From Candidatus Hydrogenedentota bacterium (GTDB lineage: Bacteria > Hydrogenedentota > Hydrogenedentia > Hydrogenedentales > SLHB01), in NCBI GenBank assembly GCA_963745075.1, contig CAVUWV010000018.1, forward strand, positions 1 to 64,000: a DNA stretch of 64,000 nt, written 5' to 3'. The translations under genes and the position numbers were made by a program. Positions 59,878-64,000 of this stretch are shown here, one piece after another (within the stretch, counting starts at the first letter, position 1; each line of letters begins with the position of its first letter). The notes beneath the pieces are model-generated. The model saw nothing but the letters and a program-made list of their open reading frames with translations. It was not told where the DNA came from and ran no database searches.

Positions 59878-62475
59878 CTACACCTGGGGAACCAAGAGTG
59901 CGTCAAGTTCCGCCAGGAGCCGGCGTAGTTCGAACGGTTTGAGCAGAAAGCTTCGCGCTCCGAGAGCCATGGCATCTTCACGAACCTGGGGAGAAGCGTT
60001 GCCGGTCATGAAGACCACGGGTGGAGCATCGGTCCGCTGGCTGAGATCGCGCAGCACTTCGAGCCCGTCCCGATTGGGCATGAGCAAATCCAGAATGATG
60101 ATGTCCAAATGTTGCCGTCCGATGATTGTTTGGGCCTCGACGCCGTCGGTCGCCGACAACGTGTGGTATCCGCGCATCTGGAGGGTCTGCTTGAGGATTT
60201 CGCGGACGGCTTCGTCGTCGTCCACGATCAGGACCGTCTGTAACCCGGTTGCGACCTCGGGGGAGGGCGCATCGGGTTCGGCCGCGGGCTCGCGCGCCGC
60301 CGCCGGCAATACGATGGTAAACGTGTCGCCCCCTTCGGGGCCGCGATCCAGGGTGATGCGGCCGCCGTGTTCTTCCAGAATCGTCTGACACACCGCCAGC
60401 GCGATCGCCGACGTGGAAGTACTGTTTTCACTGAAGGGTTCGAACACGTTGCCGGAGGGCGTCGCGGAAATGCCCTGACCGCAGTGGGTGAATTGGACGA
60501 TCACCGCGTTGCGATCCGGTGTCGCGCCAGTTTGAACGGTAAGGGTCCCGCCCGTCTCATCCATGGCGTCTTCGGCGAGGTTGAAGAGATTCAAGAAGAC
60601 ATGTTCGAGGCGGCGGGCGTCCACCATGACGCGGTGCAATCCTTCGGCGTAAAGTTCCTGGACGCGGATGCCACGGCGCTCGAGACGGGACTTCATCATG
60701 GCCACGAACTGGTGGATTCGGAAGTTGATCAGGCTGGGTTCCAGATGGGGTTTGGAATGGGGCGCCAACGCGGCGAGGTCGGTTCGAAACCGGTTCAGGC
60801 GCCGGGTTTCCCGGACGATGGTGTCCAGGGCGCGGTGGTTTTCGAAGTCCTTGGCCTTAGCGAGCATGCGCTGCGCCTGGCTCGATATGAGGCCGAGCGG
60901 ACCGTCAAGAGTGCGGGCCACGGCGCCGGCAAAGCGACCAAGACGACCGGCTTGGTCCACGGTCTGTGATGCCGTTTGTTGTTCCGTTTTTCTCGCCGGC
61001 TCGGGCACGTGGGCGGCCAGCGAGCGTGCCAATTCTTCGGCCCGTTCGCCGGCGCACTCTTCAGCATGGCAGCGGGCGACCATCTGCCCCAAGACCCGGG
61101 CGTAGGACATGAGATCGGTGATGTCGGCGTCGGACACGCCGAAGTTGCTTGCGCTCGAATCGACGACGATCTGCCCGTAGCTACGTCCCTCGTGCAGCAT
61201 GGGTACGACAATGAGTCCATCGCGAGGGGTCGGCGTGGCGCCGCCGTTTTGGGATTGCCATCCTGCTTCAATTTTGCCCATGCCCAGTTCACGGACCGCG
61301 CGAAGGATCGGCGCCGGGTTGGTGTCATCTTCACTTGTGCGGAGATCGACGTTGATGTCCGATAAGGGATCATCGAGCGTTCTCCAGGTTTCGCCCAACA
61401 ATTCGCTGCCCGTCGCATTGGTTGCGAGGCAAACGCCGGGGGCGACCAACAGGCCCGCGCGGAGGGTATCGCCGCAGATGCGCACGATGGATCGAAGTGA
61501 CTGTCCCGGTGTTACGGCGAGTGTGGTGCGGTGAAGGGTTTCGAGCCGATGGACCCGGCGACGCAACGCCGGGACGTCGTCTTGCGGATCCGGCGGTACA
61601 CGAACGGACGGCGTTTCTTCTTCAGCGGCGTGGGTTATGGCCGGTTGTGCGGGTTCCGCACTCAACCGGATCCATTCGTGCGCGGCTTCCTGTAACGCGA
61701 GTTCGATCGCAGCGGTATCCAGTCCAAGGCTGGAAGCTAACGCACGAACGGCTGGAGGAAATGCGGTGTCGGCGACGCCGGCGCGGGAATGGCTGGCCAG
61801 CGTTCGCGCCAATTCGATTGCGGTGATAAGGCGCGTGGGAAAACACTGGGGAGACAAGGCGGACGGCGCGATATGGTGCAACCAGATCGTATCGACGATT
61901 TGCTGGGGTAGTCCGCGGGACTCGGCGAACCACTTACCGGCTTCGCCATGATGAAATCCGAGTGTGGCAATCTCCCGTTCCAAGGCGTCGGCATCGTCGC
62001 GTTCAAGATCGGGATGGCACGACGAATAGGTCGCAGAATCCAGGGCAAACAACACCCACTTCCCAATATCGCGCAGTAAGGCAGCCAAAAACGTTTCGGA
62101 TTCGTCGAGTTTGGGAGCCCGCCGCGCCAAGGCTCGTGCCAGCAAAGCTATGCGGACGGTCGATTCGTTGAGGACGTCCAAATGGCTGGAATCGACCGGT
62201 GTCGCTTCGGCGGATCGCAACTTCTCCGCGAGAATGTGGCGGAGCCCGGTCAGGCCCAAGGCGTCGAGCGCCGTCTGAAGGGTGGCATTGGCACTTGGCG
62301 AAGCCGCGGCGAGAACCTCGGCGATCAACGCCGGATCGCGCGGAAGGCGCTCTTCGATCTCGGTTGGGGTGAGTGGGTCACGAAGCAACCGGGTTTGGAA
62401 TTGGCGAAGAAACGCGGGGGGCGAAGGGATTCGGTTGATCTGTACAATGCGGTGTTTGGCCAGCGCCCTATCCAT
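59878..62475 (-). CDS. HDOD - GAF-like - degenerate histidine kinase - receiver protein
   Basis: HDOD (AALLRDIGK..HGEAG..GLP..IWLHH), kinase-like core with degenerate boxes, intact REC (VDDD..LDLLMP..TG..KPF). Confidence 0.85.
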   Translation of the reverse strand: MDRALAKHRIVQINRIPSPPAFLRQFQTRLLRDPLTPTEIEERLPRDPALIAEVLAAASPSANATLQTALDALGLTGLRHILAEKLRSAEATPVDSSHLDVLNESTVRIALLARALARRAPKLDESETFLAALLRDIGKWVLFALDSATYSSCHPDLERDDADALEREIATLGFHHGEAGKWFAESRGLPQQIVDTIWLHHIAPSALSPQCFPTRLITAIELARTLASHSRAGVADTAFPPAVRALASSLGLDTAAIELALQEAAHEWIRLSAEPAQPAITHAAEEETPSVRVPPDPQDDVPALRRRVHRLETLHRTTLAVTPGQSLRSIVRICGDTLRAGLLVAPGVCLATNATGSELLGETWRTLDDPLSDINVDLRTSEDDTNPAPILRAVRELGMGKIEAGWQSQNGGATPTPRDGLIVVPMLHEGRSYGQIVVDSSASNFGVSDADITDLMSYARVLGQMVARCHAEECAGERAEELARSLAAHVPEPARKTEQQTASQTVDQAGRLGRFAGAVARTLDGPLGLISSQAQRMLAKAKDFENHRALDTIVRETRRLNRFRTDLAALAPHSKPHLEPSLINFRIHQFVAMMKSRLERRGIRVQELYAEGLHRVMVDARRLEHVFLNLFNLAEDAMDETGGTLTVQTGATPDRNAVIVQFTHCGQGISATPSGNVFEPFSENSTSTSAIALAVCQTILEEHGGRITLDRGPEGGDTFTIVLPAAAREPAAEPDAPSPEVATGLQTVLIVDDDEAVREILKQTLQMRGYHTLSATDGVEAQTIIGRQHLDIIILDLLMPNRDGLEVLRDLSQRTDAPPVVFMTGNASPQVREDAMALGARSFLLKPFELRRLLAELDALLVPQV

Positions 62476-62516
62476 ACCCTACCACCAACGGGGTCTTAAT
62501 CATGTTGACGAGGTGG

Positions 62517-62545
62517 AGTCTACGGCGCGGCGCATGCAATGTCAA
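62517..62545 (-). promoter_or_regulatory. Sigma70 promoter of the HDOD-kinase-REC gene
   Basis: TTGACA-N17-TAGACT on the minus strand. Confidence 0.7.
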
Positions 62546-62637
62546 TGAGGTTGTGGGGTTTAGGACGGGGAGACGCAGACTCGGACCTACACGGTATCGC
62601 ACGGACTGACGCGGTCACGGAAGCGGGATTGGCGGGG

Positions 62638-63054
62638 CTATTTCTTGGCGAGGTGTTCAGTGGGGTCGCGTGAAAGCACCCGGACGAGTCCGCCGAGGGC
62701 GGCGAGGACGGCACCCAACAGGAAGCAAAGCATACCGCCGAGGTAGGTCCCCACGGCCACATCTCCGACGCGGAGCATGCGGCCAAAGACGATGCAGCCA
62801 ATGCCGATGGCGGCGATCATGAGGCCGGTCAGGGCGTAATTCTGGCGGGGCTCTGCATTGTCGGAACGTTGCTCGGTGACCAGGCTTTCCAATTCCTGAC
62901 TGGTCTCGAGAAGACGAGGATTGTGGTCGACCTTGTCGAGGAGGGCGATCCGTAGGCGGTAATCCAGCCACGCGCGGAGGATGGCGTAGAGAACGCTATA
63001 CAGGAGTGTAACAAGTACGAGGATTAAGGGTATTAGGATTAAGAAGGATTCCAT
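62638..63054 (-). CDS. Small three-TM membrane protein (DUF6249-like)
   Basis: N-terminal TM, charged linker, two Gly-rich TMs (TGLMIAAIGIG..LLGAVL). Confidence 0.65.
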   Translation of the reverse strand: MESFLILIPLILVLVTLLYSVLYAILRAWLDYRLRIALLDKVDHNPRLLETSQELESLVTEQRSDNAEPRQNYALTGLMIAAIGIGCIVFGRMLRVGDVAVGTYLGGMLCFLLGAVLAALGGLVRVLSRDPTEHLAKK

Positions 63055-63361
63055 AATCGCTGGACAGGCCCCTTATAGTTGCGGGGTCCGGCGGGACGCC
63101 CACCAGAGAGAGTACAAGAAAAGGAGGTTTTTCTTACGCTGGATCTGGCCCTGATGTGGCACGTCCCGCCGGTTAAAGTGAATTAAACTATACCTAATGT
63201 TTGAATCTCGGACTTTTACGCCCCCGTCTGGGGCGTAAAGGCGTCTTCAACTTGTTCGGAAGCCTTCTGACTTACTCGTAATTTGGACTGGGTTCCTGCC
63301 CCGCGGGTTTCACCTGACTTGCACGACATTCGCTATCCTCATCCTGAGCTATGACTTAACT

Positions 63362-63390
63362 GAAACCCGCCTAGTGTCATTTGAGTCTAA
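63362..63390 (+). promoter_or_regulatory. Possible ECF sigma promoter
   Basis: GAAACCC-N16-GTCTAA just upstream of the DUF4097 gene. Confidence 0.35.
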
Positions 63391-63398
63391 AGCGTGTT

Positions 63399-64000
63399 AT
63401 GAAGCCGCACATGCGAAGCATAGTGACCGCTCTGGTTGTATCCGGTCTGGTCGTATTGTTTATGGTACGGGTTGTCGCACCGTCGCTTCCGCCGATGGTG
63501 GGTAGGCCGGATGTGCAGGAAGTGAAACAGTTCAATCATCCGGCCGAAGGCACGTTTCGACTGATTAACTCGGATGGATTGGTGCGGGTATCGACGCATT
63601 CGGGGTCCAATATCACGGGCCGGGCCGATATACGTGCGTTCCTGCGCAATGGGGCCACAAAGGAAGCGTTGCGTGAGTATGTCGAGTCGATGGTCCACAT
63701 CCAGGGAAGCGGCACCGGGGTCGCTATTACCACGGAGCCGTCGGAACGGCCGGATGGAATCGAACTCTTTGTCGTGTACGATGTTCAGGTTCCGGTGGGA
63801 ACGAACGTTGACATCGAAAGCAATAACGGCAATGTTTGGGTCCTGCCGGGTTGTGGGCGGGTCGACGTGCGAGGCCGGAATACCGATATTGATGTTCGGG
63901 GCCCGAAGGGCAGTGTTGTCGCCGAGAGTGTCAACGGGCGGATAACGGTCCATGAAGCGCCCGATGGCGGACAACTGAAGACGGTGAACGGGAACGTGTA
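63399..64000 (+). CDS. DUF4097 beta-strand repeat protein (partial, runs off the window end)
   Basis: Open frame MKPHMRSIVTALVV..YDVQVPVGTNVDIESNNGNV..ESVNGRI..KTVNGNV; absent from the ORF track because it has no stop. Confidence 0.8.
   Translation, partial: MKPHMRSIVTALVVSGLVVLFMVRVVAPSLPPMVGRPDVQEVKQFNHPAEGTFRLINSDGLVRVSTHSGSNITGRADIRAFLRNGATKEALREYVESMVHIQGSGTGVAITTEPSERPDGIELFVVYDVQVPVGTNVDIESNNGNVWVLPGCGRVDVRGRNTDIDVRGPKGSVVAESVNGRITVHEAPDGGQLKTVNGNV

Overview
A 64-kb, GC-rich bacterial chromosomal segment. The Ig-domain protein with a Pro-Ala-Ala-Gly/TM/basic tail and the PVC-like gene set tentatively suggest Candidatus Hydrogenedentota or a related diderm lineage (inference only). The first 20 kb holds a toxin-antitoxin hotspot (three TIGR02574-type antitoxins without intact toxins, a decayed ParE, two hicBA pairs), rpmE-prfA-prmC-radC-psd-pssA, an ABC ATPase/permease/TPR trio, yggS, pheS-pheT-zapB-like-zapA, a near-consensus XerCD dif site (19098-19125) and tRNA-Gly(CCC). 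After a 1.2-kb ORF-free hairpin-rich spacer come recA, AsmA-like, SPOR, panE, rlmN, rpmB, a GH32-PL1 fusion, proS, a repeat-rich patch, VWA plus a decayed OmpA domain, dinB-family, MshEN-HDOD and URO-D-family genes. The last part holds adk, a four-gene sugar catabolic cluster, a sensor-less hybrid kinase, tRNA-Arg(CCG), GT2/YfhO and an HDOD-pseudokinase-REC protein. The main observations are: (1) recA and the dinB-family gene share an 18-nt palindromic operator just downstream of sigma70 promoters, a candidate lineage-specific SOS box; (2) the G/C strand skew appears to flip at the dif site but with the polarity normally seen at an origin; (3) many different short-tandem-armed palindromic intergenic elements. 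Several single-base frameshifts look like long-read assembly errors.
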